From Chrysomallon squamiferum (lineage: Eukaryota; Animalia; Mollusca), in assembly GCA_012295275.1 (NCBI GenBank), contig CM022669.1, positions 13,268,001 to 13,332,000 of the forward strand: a DNA stretch of 64,000 nt. The letters run 5' to 3'. Position 1 is the first letter of the stretch, and each line of letters starts with the position of its first letter. Below the pieces are notes generated by a model. The model was not told the origin of the DNA and did not search any database. It saw only the letters and a list, made by a program, of their open reading frames with translations. This document shows positions 13,601-28,218 of this stretch, piece by piece. The position numbers and the translations under genes were made by a program.

Positions 13601-16600
13601 TTATTCTGAAAAGAAAATGGCACGATAATTGGCTCAACATATACATCTTACACACTTTGTTTACAAAGTAATGACCAAATATATTCTAATGAAAAAAAGT
13701 TACTGAGAAAGTGCAAAGGAAAGAAAGTAATTTAATCTACAATTAGCTCTGTATCTGATACTCAGCTTATCGTAATGAACTAGAGTACAAGAAAATCCTG
13801 GCAAGTTCTGGAGGACTCAGTGAGGTTAAGTTTTTAATTATTATTATTTCCATGTGATTACCTGATGGATGGAAGATGGAGTGTCAGTGTCCATCAGTCT
13901 GAAGAGGAGATTTCTCAGCGGTCGAGTCTGTTTGCCAAACACCTCACTTCCCAGACCTCCAGCTACAGCCAGCGACAGGTGAGAACGCAGCAGGTTCAGA
14001 CATAGCAGAACAAACTTCTGGTGCTCTCTGTAACATGGTTTAAAGCATGCATTATCATATCAGCATCAAAATACATTTAACAATAATATTATTATACAGA
14101 AAAATATTTAAGCCAAGATGTACACATTTATCATGCTTAGAAAGACTTTACTATAAAAATTTCATGAATTTTTGTTAAATCAAAAAACCTTTAATATATT
14201 CTTGCATTACTAATGAAAGCTTAGAATGCATTTTTCAATTTTTTACAAAATAATTGTTTTTTTTTGAAACTGCAAATGTATAAATAAATGCAGCAAAATC
14301 ATCAAAACAAAATGATATTCAAGAAGTCTGATGAATGTTTATAAATATGCATACAAAAATAATTTTATAAATTCACCATAAAGGACACACAACAGAAACA
14401 TGAATATATAGAGACATGAATACACACACAGATAAGACATGAACACACACACACACACACACACACACAACAAATAACACACAAATATATACATAAACAC
14501 TTTTATAACAGATAAAATACAAAGTAACTGAACATTAAATGATGTAGAAAATACTCACTGCTCTGACTGAAAGGGTGCTGGTGGAATGTCATTGTTGAAA
14601 TCATCACAGTATCGCTCTAGGAAGTTACACAGAAGTTTGAATGTGTGCTCCTGAAGATCAATGCAGAAAGGTCTGTGCCAGGCCACCACTTGTCTGAAAA
14701 ACAGTCAATAATTTAATACTGGAAAATATTTTAAAAATATTTTACTGGAAAGACATTTAAAGAAACAAAAAAACAAAATAAAAACATCAAAGAATTTAAA
14801 TATAAACCAAGAATCTATAAGGTATATAAGCAACATTCATAGAAAAACAAAGTTAACAACTAAACAATTTAAGATGTACAACACCTTCCTGGAGTGTAAA
14901 AGTCAGTGGTTAACAAAAGAAAAAAGTGTTAAATTTAAAACAATCAGAAAACAATTGACAACATAGTAAACAGCATTCTAATATTCTTTACTTGTGTAAT
15001 TTATTTAATGCATTTGTCCCAAATACCATTAATGATGTACCAATCAACAGCCAAACAAATTTTTATTTATCTATTCACCATTATCGGAGTGCTAGATAAA
15101 TATGTTTAATATTCCTATATCTTTTACTTCAGTATTAGATTTTTTTTTAAATTAACTTGACTTTTCTGCTAATCTACTGACCTGTCCAGTGGCAGTGTTG
15201 TCCAGGCAATGCTGTGAGACGTCCCGGCTGATATCTGATGAATAGCCACACCGTCAAGGCCAAGCACTTTCCTTGGTCTGGTTATTGGACTCTGAGTGTG
15301 CCCCTGTCCACACTGGCCCATCCCGTTGTTGCCCCAGGCATAAACCTCATTATCTGGATACAAATAATTTCATTAAACATATATTAATAATAATAATAAT
15401 AATAATAAAATATGAACTGGAAAATAACAAGTATCAAAAAAAGAAAAAAATGAAATTAGAAAACAAATACATGCTGATTTTTGTGCATTTAATATGGATC
15501 CACTTACTCAGTTTCTGGTTTAATAGCATATACATGATACTGAACTCAGTCAATTAAATGATGGTAAACAATTTTGTTTTCTAAAAATTTTATCATAGTT
15601 TTTGTATATCATAAGAAATGTAATGTGTAATGGTAATTAAAAGTTTTTCTCTAAGTATTTTAAAATAAATTAGTTACTTTAATGATATATATCCAGTTTT
15701 CTGCATATATTAAAATTAATGCTTATTTATTAGCTACTTGGTGTAGAAATGTGGTTTAAATTAATCCATAATAAATTTCACATAAAACTAAATGGTAAGA
15801 AATATAAAATGTTAGAAAAGTAGGAACATACCGTGAGTAAGAGCCAAGCAGTGGCTGTCGCCTACAGCTATGTCAACAATTCGAATGTTCTGTAGATCTT
15901 CAATGAGACGAGGTCGAAGACTCGTGAACTCTGAAAGTCCACAGCCGAGACAAGAACCACTTCCCCATGCATAAATCTACAAATTACGAGTTTTTAATTA
16001 AAAATCATATTATTATATAGGCATAATGCACCATTAAATTTCAAAAATAATATTCTAGGGTTTTTAAAAATATATTTTTTCCTGTTCTTGTTCTTTTTTC
16101 TTGTTTTCTTGGGGTTTTTGGCTGTATTTTTGTCTGTTTTTATAAGTCTACAAATTCTAAGTTTTTAATAAAAATCCTAATATTATATAGGAATAATGCA
16201 GAATTAAATTTCTATAATTTTAGAATAATATTTTAGGCTTTTGCAATATTTTTTTTTTTTTTTTGAGAGGTTCCTTTTTTATTTATTTCAAGGGATTTTA
16301 TATTTTTTTTTTTTTTTTATTAATGTGAATAATTTTTTTGGTTTTAAGATCCTGGCTGACTTATTTAATTAAGAACACCACTTTAATTTTTTCAGATTAT
16401 GAAATTAAAAAAAAATAAATAAATAAAAAAACAATGGAAAAAATAAATAATTTATGATTAGAATAAGCTACATACCTGTCCAGTTGATGTTAGAGCTAGA
16501 GAAAATTGACACCCACAGGCTACTTTCTGAACATACATCCCCACTAGGGCCTCAATAATCTTTGGCTCGTACTGGCGGTTCATGTCTCCGTGTCCTAGTT

Positions 16601-19600
16601 GCCCTGTAGAATCAAAAATATTCAATATAAGTTTTATTCGAATCAGAGAACATTTTGTTTAAAAAACATTTTTATCAGGTAAATATTTGTTAAAATTTAC
16701 TGCTGTACAAAATAAGGATGGCGGAATTGGGTGATATATTTTAGAATTGTGTAGCAATTTCTGTAATTTGTATTAGTTATAAAATGTTTGTTATACATGT
16801 ATTTAAAATTAAATATAAATTATAAAAACTTTTTGTGTGTGTGTGTGTGTGTGAGTGTGTGTATGTGTGTGTTTGTATTAACATTCTTAGGTTAATGTTG
16901 TTTATAAATGAAAGAATGAATTTGTATGTATACAATATCTAAAATTCTCACCACTTTGTTATGTAAATCACATAAATAAATCGTTATCCCCAAATAAAGC
17001 ATGCCTTTTAAACTAAACACTCATAACTGAAATACATAAGCAAACTACTGACCGTTTTCGCCACCTCCAAATGACCACACTGTCCGGCCATCTTGTGACA
17101 CAGCAAGAGTGTGAGAGCTGCCACAGGCTGCTTGTCCCACGTTACATATCTGCTTTACGTGTTTCGGCAAGTTACGACTTGAACTGTCGCCATGTCCTGT
17201 GCAATAATAATTACAAGTTTATTACTAATATTACTGAAAGACAAATATTTGTATTGGAGAATATATATATATATATAATAATATTTATAAATTATTTTAA
17301 TTATATATTCTTTTTAATTACAGAAAAAATTAATTTATCTTTATATAATAACTTAATCTAAATTATTTTTCTGAAAATATTCTTAATCAGGATATATTTT
17401 ATTTTTCTAAAAAACATTTATTGCAACCAAAAATTTTTTTTTTTTTAAAATGATATAACATTTAAAAACAAATGTTATTCGTGATTCTTTGGTTATAAGG
17501 AAAAAATAAATGAAAAAATACATAATTAATTAATACAATTTGTAAACCTTTTTTTTTTCAGGGTATAGTGTGTTTCTTTTGTTTTGTCTGAGAGTGAATA
17601 ATTATACTTTTTGTTGGTAGATTATTTTTAAAGTTTTATATATATATATAGTTAAAAAAATATTTTACAGTTTTATAAAAGACACACACACACATACACA
17701 CATGCATGCACGCATGAAACACAATAAAATATATCAATCAATCATTCAAAAGGAAAGCTCAAAACAAATAAATATTCATGCATATTTTAAAAAAAAAAAA
17801 TTTTAATATGAAAAAGCATAATTATATTAGTAATAACAAGAACAGTAATGAACAGATATCAAAATGCTAACTGTAAATATAAATTACATATTATCAACAT
17901 TTTGTTTTTATACTAATTAAAACATGTAACAAACACAATTAACATTATCTGCAAAATATTATATATTTTAAAAATAATTGTTTACAATTTATTCTTATAA
18001 ATACTATGCAAACAAGCACATTAATCAAGGTTTCTATTTTTTTTAAAAACACATTTTTATTCAGAAAAATAAAATTAACGTTTAAAGTTACAGAAGCAGA
18101 ATTTTAACTGAAATTTACTTAATTTAAAAATGAATTTTATATCATATACTACTAAGTTATTGTTAGAATTGTTTTCAACAAAGTCATGCTTAATTAAAAA
18201 TAGGTTTAAAGCTTCAGATGTTATTATGGTTAAAACAAGGGTGTTAATACAAACCATGATAAAGAAAAGGTAAGGAATTCAGCAGAGCAGATAAATTTAT
18301 CATAGACATATAAATACCTAGACGACCATATTCACCTTCCCCCCACGTAAACAACTCCCCATCTTCTGTGACTGCGGCACTGTGGCGAAAACCAGCAGAA
18401 ATACACTTGACAATCTGGAAAATATATCAATTTTTTTTTTTTTTTTAAACTTTAGTTATTACTTGACTAGAAAATAACTGAAAACTAGAAAATAAAAAAA
18501 ACTAATTTCTTGTGTGAATATGTATAGCTGATTTGGGTTTACTATGACATAGGTATGGGTTATGTTGTGTTCGTGTGTGTGTGTGTGTGCCTGTGTTGCT
18601 TTTTACACTAATCACTTAGATATGTTAACAGTAAACAAATCATAAATTGTTGGAATCATATTTTTTTATACACACATAAACAAACCCACATGGACATACA
18701 CACAAACAAAAACGCATATAAAAAAAAATGCATTTGAATATATACACAACAATTTGATAGTTCATTTTAAGCATCATAATTAAAATTAAAATATTAAGAA
18801 CTAAATCTTATTAAAAGAATTTAATACAACATGTATCAGTCATAAAAAATAAAGTTATGCTTAACTTTTAATATACCATTGACAACACTAACATTTAGTA
18901 AGTTACTTTAATATGTAGAGAGGTGGTTTATTTGTATATAGGTAAAGTTTTGATATATACCTTGTTTGCTAGAGGACCAGAAATAACTCTTGGACTTTTC
19001 TGTGTGATGTTACTGCCATGTCCAAGTTTTCCATAGTCCCCTGTAATAAAAAAAATAAAAAATCAAGAAAAATATTAAATGTTTTTTATCACAATTTACA
19101 AATAAAAAGGCGAGAAAATGATGTTTATATATTATAGTCCAATACTGTCAACAACAAAAAAATAATAATTATAAATAAATAAATGTAATATTACTTACTA
19201 ATAATAATAAGATATAGATATATATAAATATATAAAATAATTAAAATTATAAACATTTAAGCAGATTTTAATTTATTTTATTATTATATTTTAAATAATT
19301 ATAGTTAACAAATAATATACTAAGGTAGGTTTGTTTGTTGTTGTTTTTTCAAAAAGAAATCATTTATAAAAAAAAATAAATAAATAAATAAATAAATAAA
19401 TAAACCATGGGCTTTATTAATAAGAAAAGAAGTCTGATGCTGAAAATCTATCATTAAGAAAATAGGTGTAGATGTCATTTAATAGTCTTCATGGCTTGTT
19501 TTATTTAATCACCTTTCTTTTTTTTCGCCTTTTTTTCCTTTTATTCCAAATCCAAATTTTATAATAAACACTCAAACCAATTTTTGTGACAAAAAAAATG

Positions 19601-22422
19601 TTCAGTTTTAAGATATATAAATTATTCTTCAACAAACCATCTCCCCAGCTAAATATTTTCCCCTCTGTTGACAGTGCCAGTGTATGTCCATCAGATCCTT
19701 TTGATGATGACACTTTTTTGATTTTGTGGATTTGGATCAAAGACTATTTTCTTTGGCAGTGCTTGGTTGTTGGAATCTCCAAGACCAAGTCGGCCATAAC
19801 TGCCCTTGCCACAGGCACTGACCGACCCATCAGTGTGAATGATAAAAGTACAAAACTGACCAGCTTCAATCTGTCAAATAAGAAATTCATTTATAGTAAA
19901 AATGTATGTTTATACTGATGATATTTTTATATAAATTATAATGTACAAATTATTAAGCAATTATAGGATAATTTAGAAGTCATATTATAAAAGTGCATAT
20001 GTTGCAGCATTATTTAGTCTGATAATAATAAAATATGTGTTGCAGTATTTTTTTTTTTCTTATATTACCCACTGATAATAAAATAAATTGGTGTTATTTT
20101 GTTAAGATTTCATTATGAGCAGACATTCTCATCTGGTAACAAATAAAAATACCATTCAGAATTGGAAAAACAGAAGAATAAAGCTGTTTGTGTTCAGGAC
20201 AAAATATCACATTGTTAGTGACTCTATAATTAATATTAAAAAAATGAAAATAATGTTAACTAGTTAAAGAAGAAAAAGAGGATTCCTAATTATTTTTTTT
20301 AAATTAAAGTAAACTTCTAATAATATTATACTTTAATTTTTTTTTTTTTTTTTTAAATATGAATTAAACATTCCAAAAAAAAACCCAAATATATTTCAAT
20401 TTTAACAGATAAAAAAGAAAAGCATCAAAACAAAAAAACAAACAGCTTTGCTCCAAAGTCAGCATGTTAAAAACATTTACAAAGATGTCTCTCTGAAGTC
20501 TGTAATACCTGCTGACACTCAGGAAATGACGATGCCTGTTTGGGGATGAGGATTTTCTCCACCGAACCCTCTGCGAGTTGGTGGCTGCTGTTGCTACCCC
20601 AGGTGTACATATCACATGGCATGGGTGCAGCAGCCACAACAGCATTATGGTCGTTGGTGATGACAGGATTGTTTTTATTTTCATCGGGACCAGAACAAGT
20701 GCTGGCATACTCCTCAGCCAAAGATTGAAGCTGAAATCACAGATAAATATTTTAATGTGTATTTGTGGGTGTGTTCTCATATTTTTGAAAGTTAAAGAAT
20801 GCTTTGAATTTTAAAATCATGGTTTAAAATCAGTTTAGAATATATACATGAATTACCTCATCCAATAAATGAAGACCAGCTTTATACATGGGAAACAGAT
20901 CATTTTCCATTTCCATTGGTTTATTCTTTTTAGCAAAACAGCAAGGACCTCCCTGTAATTAAAAATCTAATAATTAAAATATTAAGTCAAATTATCAGAT
21001 ACCAAAAAAACATAAATTGGTTAACTAAATAAAATTTTTTAAATTTTAATATTTTATGCTATTGTGCTAGTGTTATTCTGTTTAAAGTGATCACAGTTTA
21101 ATCACTTCAAAGTTCAATGACACAAAACTATTTAGGGAGTGTGTGTCCATGTCCTATTTCAATACATTAACAATATTATCTGTAAGATTTAATATAAATA
21201 ACCACTGTTATAATCTTTTCAGGAAATATTATTTTAACCATAATTAATATTTGTAAATATACTTACTGTAGAATTAAAAGTAAAATTTATAAGGAAAATT
21301 ATTTTATCATTTTTTCATATCTGTATTTGACCATACACATTCATTCCTCTTTTTGTTGGTATAAACAAACTCTATAACCTAATCAGTTTTAAACAGTAGG
21401 ATACAGTTAAACTTAAGTACACTTTATTACACTCCTCATTTTGAAAGACAAAAAATTAAAAAGAGAAAAGTAACTTTATAATTACTTACAGCTGATTTCA
21501 TCATTGACTGCAAGACATTGTCAAAAAAGCTCCATCGCAGCATGCCCTGACTAGCCTGGTTTCCTCTCTTCTGTTCAAGCTGAGCCGTAGTTGACACATC
21601 CAGAGACAGCTCAACCCACTCCAATAAATATCTGAGTGATCCTCGCTGGGTGGCTAGAGAAATCATCAAATCTGAGGCTAGCTGTTGTCCAGGGGTATCC
21701 GCACCACTCGAAGGGTTGGCTGCAGCACACAGAAATTTCGTGATTTCGTTTAAAGAATCGACTCCCAGGACAGTTATTTTCGTTTCATTGGCTAGTGAAA
21801 GCGGAGGTAGAGACAAGACAACATCGATGGCAGTGCGAAACACGTCATTACAGAGTGAAAGCTGGCCGCAGCTTCCAGCCAAAGTCCAGTTCTGACGCAT
21901 CAAAGAAAATAACAAACTTAAGCCAGTTTTCACTCCCAGTTCGACGAGGGCTTCATTCCCCGTTGGCATCTGATATGAGATAAGTGTGGCAGTGTCTCGA
22001 TTCTCAGACTCAGCCTCTTCGTTATTTACCAAATGATCGGCTCTAACATTGTGCTTGTCGTGATACTTGGTTGAAATCGCATGGTAAATCCGTTGAAGAA
22101 CGATCAGACGTTTTTGCAACCTGGCTGCAAATGGAGTTCTAGTATAAACAATATCTGCAAGTTGCAACTGACTGGAAAGAAGTAAATTAAGCAAATGCTC
22201 CTGTTCATTCACGGAGTATATTTCCTGTTCGAAGTCTGCAATCACTGGTCCGCGGAGATGAACGGCATTCTGGGACACTAGCTGGACTTCTCTGTTTGAC
22301 ATAAGGTTTTCAAAGTAAAGGTCCAGTGTTTGTGGATTTATGATGTTTTCACAGTCCTTCGGCATCCAAAGAGAATTTAAATGTTCAATCCATTTCAGCC
22401 TCATATGCTGCTTTGAGGCCAT
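1..22422 (-). CDS. HERC1: Giant HECT E3 ubiquitin ligase HERC1, N-terminal part including RCC1-like domain 1; gene continues beyond position 1
   Basis: N-terminus [19 protein letters not shown]...[12 protein letters not shown]...[23 protein letters not shown] matches HERC1; RLD repeats ([43 protein letters not shown]). Exons with GT-AG ends and consistent phases: 22422-21490, 20952-20857, 20730-20509, 19870-19638 (1 nt too long, see findings), 19040-18961, 18414-18318, 17196-17053, 16603-16476, 15976-15832, 15353-15182, 14693-14559, 14027-13862, 12994-12869, 12292-12131, 11565-11410, 11018-10886, 10170-9982, 9493-9308, 8555-8376, 7770-7656, 7056-6851, 6578-6456, 5988-5923, 5555-5473, 5206-5131, 4780-4524, 3907-3713, 3309-3201, 2909-2669, 1878-1745, 1122-964, 544-438, 69-1. 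Confidence 0.95.
1064..1700. repeat. Four-copy tandem repeat containing HERC1 splice acceptor plus first ~60 nt of exon 1122-964
   Basis: accaggaaatctc..cagca.tctcccca.t.ggaat recurs at ~1068, 1201, 1385, 1572 with shared intronic spacer (aaagaaatttccatgct..taagaacaataaagaaactg). Confidence 0.9.
1845..2070. repeat. Two-copy ~120-bp duplication covering HERC1 acceptor and start of exon 1878-1745
   Basis: acaccaaaactcaaac.atctgcatatgttctgt at ~1849 and ~1968. Confidence 0.85.
2280..2665. repeat. Intronic minisatellite, ~21-bp unit (tgactgtaacaatgtgtaac-like)
   Basis: Directly visible repeats abutting the donor of exon 2909-2669; explains ORFs 2344..2684. Confidence 0.9.
3369..3495 (+). mobile_element. 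Degenerate Meta-domain SINE fragment
   Basis: tgtatatgcttttcacctatgggaaggtgcaaacaaaatattcctttctgct...aagagtagcccatgaagt resembles the MetaSINE core as I recall it (GGTATGTGCTATCCTGTCTGTGGGATGGTGCATATAAAAGATCCCTTGCTGCT...AAGAGTAGCCCATG); not run against a library. Confidence 0.65.
6688..6763. repeat. (CA)n microsatellite
   Basis: Direct; further CA/GT tracts at ~7347, 7598, 14443, 16835, 34440, 52052-52185, 58297. Confidence 0.95.
7759..8150. repeat. ~79-bp tandem repeat containing the HERC1 acceptor of exon 7770-7656
   Basis: atctgtcaaataaaaca.ctaaaa.gatttta at ~7769, 7852, 7930, 8008; tagtatccagatctg also at ~8136. Confidence 0.85.
8525..8820. repeat. Four-copy 74-bp tandem repeat spanning HERC1 acceptor and first ~30 nt of exon 8555-8376
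   Basis: cttttctgag at 8551, 8625, 8699, 8773 (exact 74-bp period). Confidence 0.95.
13030..13420. repeat. Compound (GATA/GACA)n tetranucleotide microsatellite
   Basis: Direct; produces the spurious LSIY-rich ORFs 12713..13489 and 13026..13370. Confidence 0.95.
21490..22422 (-). CDS. HERC1: HERC1 first coding exon (933 nt, 311 codons)
   Basis: ORF 21436..22422 up to ...MMKSA, then GTAAGT donor at 21489. Confidence 0.95.
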
Positions 22423-24016
22423 GGTGTATTTTTTTTATTTTTTTATTTCACCATTCTAAAATAGAAAAGGGCCATGTATAGAAAAACAGACAATAAACAT
22501 ACATAGATAAATGGAAAGTACCTTGTTCAGCCTATATCACTGTTTATACATTACATGACAAGTTGTGTATATACATATATAAATGTGTGTGTGTGTGTGC
22601 GAGTTTGTAATGTTTGTATGTAATAATATCCATTCATATATAAGGATGTGTGTGTGTGTGTGTGTGTGTACGTGTGTGCTACTGGCTAACTTTATGTAAA
22701 TGACAAATGTGAACAAATACTATATATATGGAAATTGGATTTAATGTCATGTTCTGATTTTGGGAAAAGATAAACTGCAACTGAAATTATAAGTATTAAT
22801 TCAATTTGGGAATTTGAAATATAATTCATATTAATTGTAATCATGATGAAAAATAATGATTATATTAATAATACTTAATCAAAAATAATAGTTTGTAAAT
22901 ATGCAGTAATGTCGTTATTCAGTCTGTTATATTTGAGAAATGTCAAACAGAATTATGATGCAGACAGTAGTAATAAACTAATAATTTGTATTACCTAAAT
23001 ATTGTTAAATGTGCACCAGCTAACTGTGATTTTTCATCCCTATTTATATAACAGACGTTACGACATTATTTAATACCGAAAACATAATAATTAATAGTAC
23101 AATATTAAAAACGCATGGCGCAAAAAGCAATGAGATACAATACTTTTCTTAAACCTTATTCACCTGATAATAAAGTTCAAATATAGTCACTAAAAAAAAT
23201 ATAAAGAAAAGATATACCTGATAATTTGTTTGGTTTTAAAATATTTTTGTTTTCACTTTGACGCTAAACTGGTGATTTTGAAAATGTTTTTGGAACAGTC
23301 TATTTCTCCCATTCGAGAAATTCTCGGACTGTACCGAAGTGTTCCGAATTTGAAGATTTTGGATTATCCAGAATCTAAATATAGCAAATCAGACTGATTT
23401 TTGTCAAATTCAACATATATCTCGAAGGAGCAAACAGGATTATAAAAAGTTGCATACATCTAGTGATGTGAGTATGTATTAATAATTGTAATTTTCTGAA
23501 ACGGTGATAATGTAACATGCTTTACAATGTCACTCACTGGTTCATCAATCATTGTTAAAGAAATCAAATAATTATATAATACTGTTACTTGAAATACTCA
23601 ACGAAGATAACAGCAGGCATGAAAAAAAGAAGCCCACGAAAGAACCATGGTGTAGTGACTTTTTATTAACATATACTGAACGCCTTCAGTGGAAAAAATT
23701 ATTAAAAATTATTCCAATAAGGATTTCATCATCTTTTGCTGAAACTACTTTTCTTTTTTTTTTTTTTTCTTTTTTGTAGGAATAATGGAAACGTTAATGC
23801 CATAACAGTTAATACACTATTTATTTTCAGTGCACATTACTACATACATGATACAGACTGCCAAATTTATCATTATTGTATATGAAACGAAATATTTATT
23901 AAGATGTACTGAATTAAGTGACTAGATTTAGCAGTTCATCTGCTTTTATGCAACTTCTGTGTTTTTCATTTAGTTTAATCTAATTTTAATTGTTAACAGA
24001 TTCTTATAAAGCTTAG

Positions 24017-24863
<847 letters not shown>

Positions 24864-26583
24864 GATACTGTGTTCACTTGATTTTTGGCTTGTTTTTGTG
24901 GATAAACAACTGTAGATAAAAGTTTGTGGGGATGTTGTTTTTTTGGATATGAAAGGTACTTTTTAAAATAGTTTTATAAAAATAAATAACAGCCTAATGT
25001 GTTGTTTGTTTTTATGGACCAGTCTTTATTAAAGCTTAAATTTTTTAAAGGTTTTTTTAAAGTTTTTTAAAAGAATAAATAACAAGCTTTTGAAGATGCA
25101 TGGCACAGAACAGTTCTCTTTTATGATGATGGTTTCATTTTAATTTTTCAATTATTTTATTTATATTAATATTTTAATCTGATATGTGCTGAATAAATTG
25201 AACATAAAAATTGTTTGACATTTTTAAAAAAGAATTTTATTTATTCGTTCATTCATTTAGTTAATATATATTTACTTATCATTTCTTTCTACTTATTTAT
25301 TTGTACTTGTTTATTTATTTACTTATTTTATATTTATTTATCTTTTTCCTTTTATATTTATTTATTTATTCATGTTATATAAAGAGATATAAAAGAGTCC
25401 TTCTTCGTCAAATGATAGACTAATTAGCTGTGGATTACTCAGTCTGTAAGGACTTTTACATTTCTATTAAATACAAATAATTTTAACATAAATGTCAGCT
25501 TCTACATGTTTTCATAAATTCATTATTTTATTGTGATACATACAACAATGAACATCAGTGGATTACTTTTCTTTTATAACTAATACCTAACAAAAATAAC
25601 ACCGTGTATTGTTAATATCAAACTATTCCCATTTATAAAATTACTTTTTTGGACTGAAATAAAATGGTGTTTTCAAAAGCAATATGGAAGTATCAACACA
25701 ACTCATACGTTGGCGATGCAGTGATGTGAAGCAATATGCACATTAAACTACACATCAAAGGAAAAAACTATGAATTTCTATTTGTATTTGACCAAAAGAT
25801 AAAGTATTTGTATTTATCTCTGGATGGAACACCAAGGATTCTGAAAATAACAACAAATACGTCTGGCTGAGAACAAATTAATAAAAATATTTATTTAAAC
25901 AAATGAAAATTTTGCTAATCATGCATGCAAATAGAATTATATCACAAGTCACTTTGAAAATGCCAGCTTTTCTGTGTCAATGACTAACACAACAATGTGT
26001 AATAATTTATTAAACATATTTACAAATATGTCACAGCACTTTCTTTTATATACATTGAAAAACATATCACAGACTATTAGCAAATATCAAAAACTTAAAT
26101 ATAAAGTATTCCTTAGTATTTTCTTCTTTATAAAGTGAAAAGTATCACATATTCCAAAAAAATAAACATAAAACATGTATATATTTTCTTATATAATGTA
26201 CTGAAAATAAATGTAACAGTATCACAAACAAATTGCCAGTTACCTAAAATTAAACTGGTCAAACCCTGTCATTTTATGATGAAAGAAACATTATTCTTTG
26301 GATAAATGAAAACTATTAATAAAAAGATTAAAAACACAATCATAACAGTAATGTTAATTGCAACTGCAGCTTTTTTTAGATTTTGTTAAACAGGTTCAAA
26401 AATTTTCATACTCAGACTTTCATAACCGTTTTAGAGAATCATGACAATTCTTAGTTTTTAAATGAGAAAATAAATTCCGAAAATATTTATAAGTGGTATT
26501 CAGAAGAACAGATGTTATGAAGAAACTTTTCTTCTTTTTAAAACTTTTTAATATAATAGTTTTTTGACGTTTTTAATTTTTAA

Positions 26584-26614
<31 letters not shown>

Positions 26615-27428
26615 ATTACTATAAATTAGTTACTGTGCATTACTTAGTAATCAGTAGTGACTTGATTTTTGAATAATACAAACTTATATTATTCTGTTAT
26701 TCCACCTTTACATTAGAGATGATATTTATTTTTATATATTTGAAATAACATTTAATATAAACTGATAAAAAAAAGAAGGTAACTTGTGTTAAATAAAAAA
26801 ATTAAAAAAAACATTTAATAGAAAACAATTGTTTAAACACAAACAGCTGAGAAAAAAGTAAAGAAAATAGAAAATAAAAAATTAAAAAAAAATAGAAAAG
26901 AAAAAAGTAAAGAAAATAAAAAATAAAAAAAAGCAAAAAATAGAAAAGAAAAAATAAAGAAAATTACAAATATATTACACTGCCTTCCTGTTATCTTGCA
27001 AACATTAATAGATAAAAAAAAGCAAAGAAAAATGAATTGCAGAACTGGTGGGATATTTCAAAATGTGAATTAATTAAACTGAAAGAAAGAGAAATCACAG
27101 GAGTATCTGTCACATTACAAGATTGGAATTTTCAGTAATGATTAAAATTACCCAAAATATTACATTCTACTGAAAAAATAATTCATGACTGCACAATGAA
27201 ATTTTAGTTACCCTATATTTGTTAAGTATATACATGGATAACAAAATATTTCCATCTTTTTGATTAAATTATTTATCAGTTGTACAGCTATAAAATATGC
27301 TTTTACAACAAAAAATTGCTTGGTGTATATTAATTTTTTTTTTACATATATATATATACATTTTCTATACAAGACATTGCACTGATTTATTCACGATTAA
27401 CTCGGGCTAGTTTTTAATCCAGCTCAAA

Positions 27429-28185
27429 CTAGATGTAGGTTTCTTTACAAACTCTCGAACACTGACTTCCATCTGAACTCATTTTCATAAGTGGACTCGT
27501 TACACTGATTGAATTGCCATTCGAACCCCAAGTTACTGTGTGAACCATTGAAGTGGTGGACTCCAGTTCTGATCGACAAGCAAAGGTTTCCACATTGGTG
27601 GAATAGCGGAGGATGGGTTTCAACATGGCTGCTCGGTACGATGTAGAGGCATCGACGTTTGACGGGGTCACTGAAACCATCACATTGTATGACCTTGATG
27701 CCTGTGATGGAGTCTGCTGCCTTGAATTTGTGTGGTTTTGCCAATTCGGTGGTGGCTGTATGTGATTTTCATTCCTGTCGAGAACGGGAGATGTGTTGAT
27801 GACTGCATTTCCCTTCACAGGAGACAGGTAGATGATCTTTATCACCTGGTTCTGTTTTCTCCAGTGCAGCAGAATCTGCATGTGATGTCTGACAGCAATC
27901 TGAAACAGAAGAGAATTATTTATGATTTGAAAAATCCGGAATACTAACAAGAAGCTTAAATCTGAACAAACAAAAATGTCTTATTCATATTTTTATATTC
28001 AGGATACTACTGAAATTTAAATTTGAATTAATAAGAATGTATAGTAGTTTTTTTTTATATTTAGGACTTCAATGAAACTTAAATTCTAACAAATGAAAAT
28101 GGTGATTTATATTTTTATAAAGAGGATTTTAACTGAACAAAAATAACACTGTTGTATATTTTCACTCCCATTATGGGACAACCAA

Positions 28186-28218
<33 letters not shown>

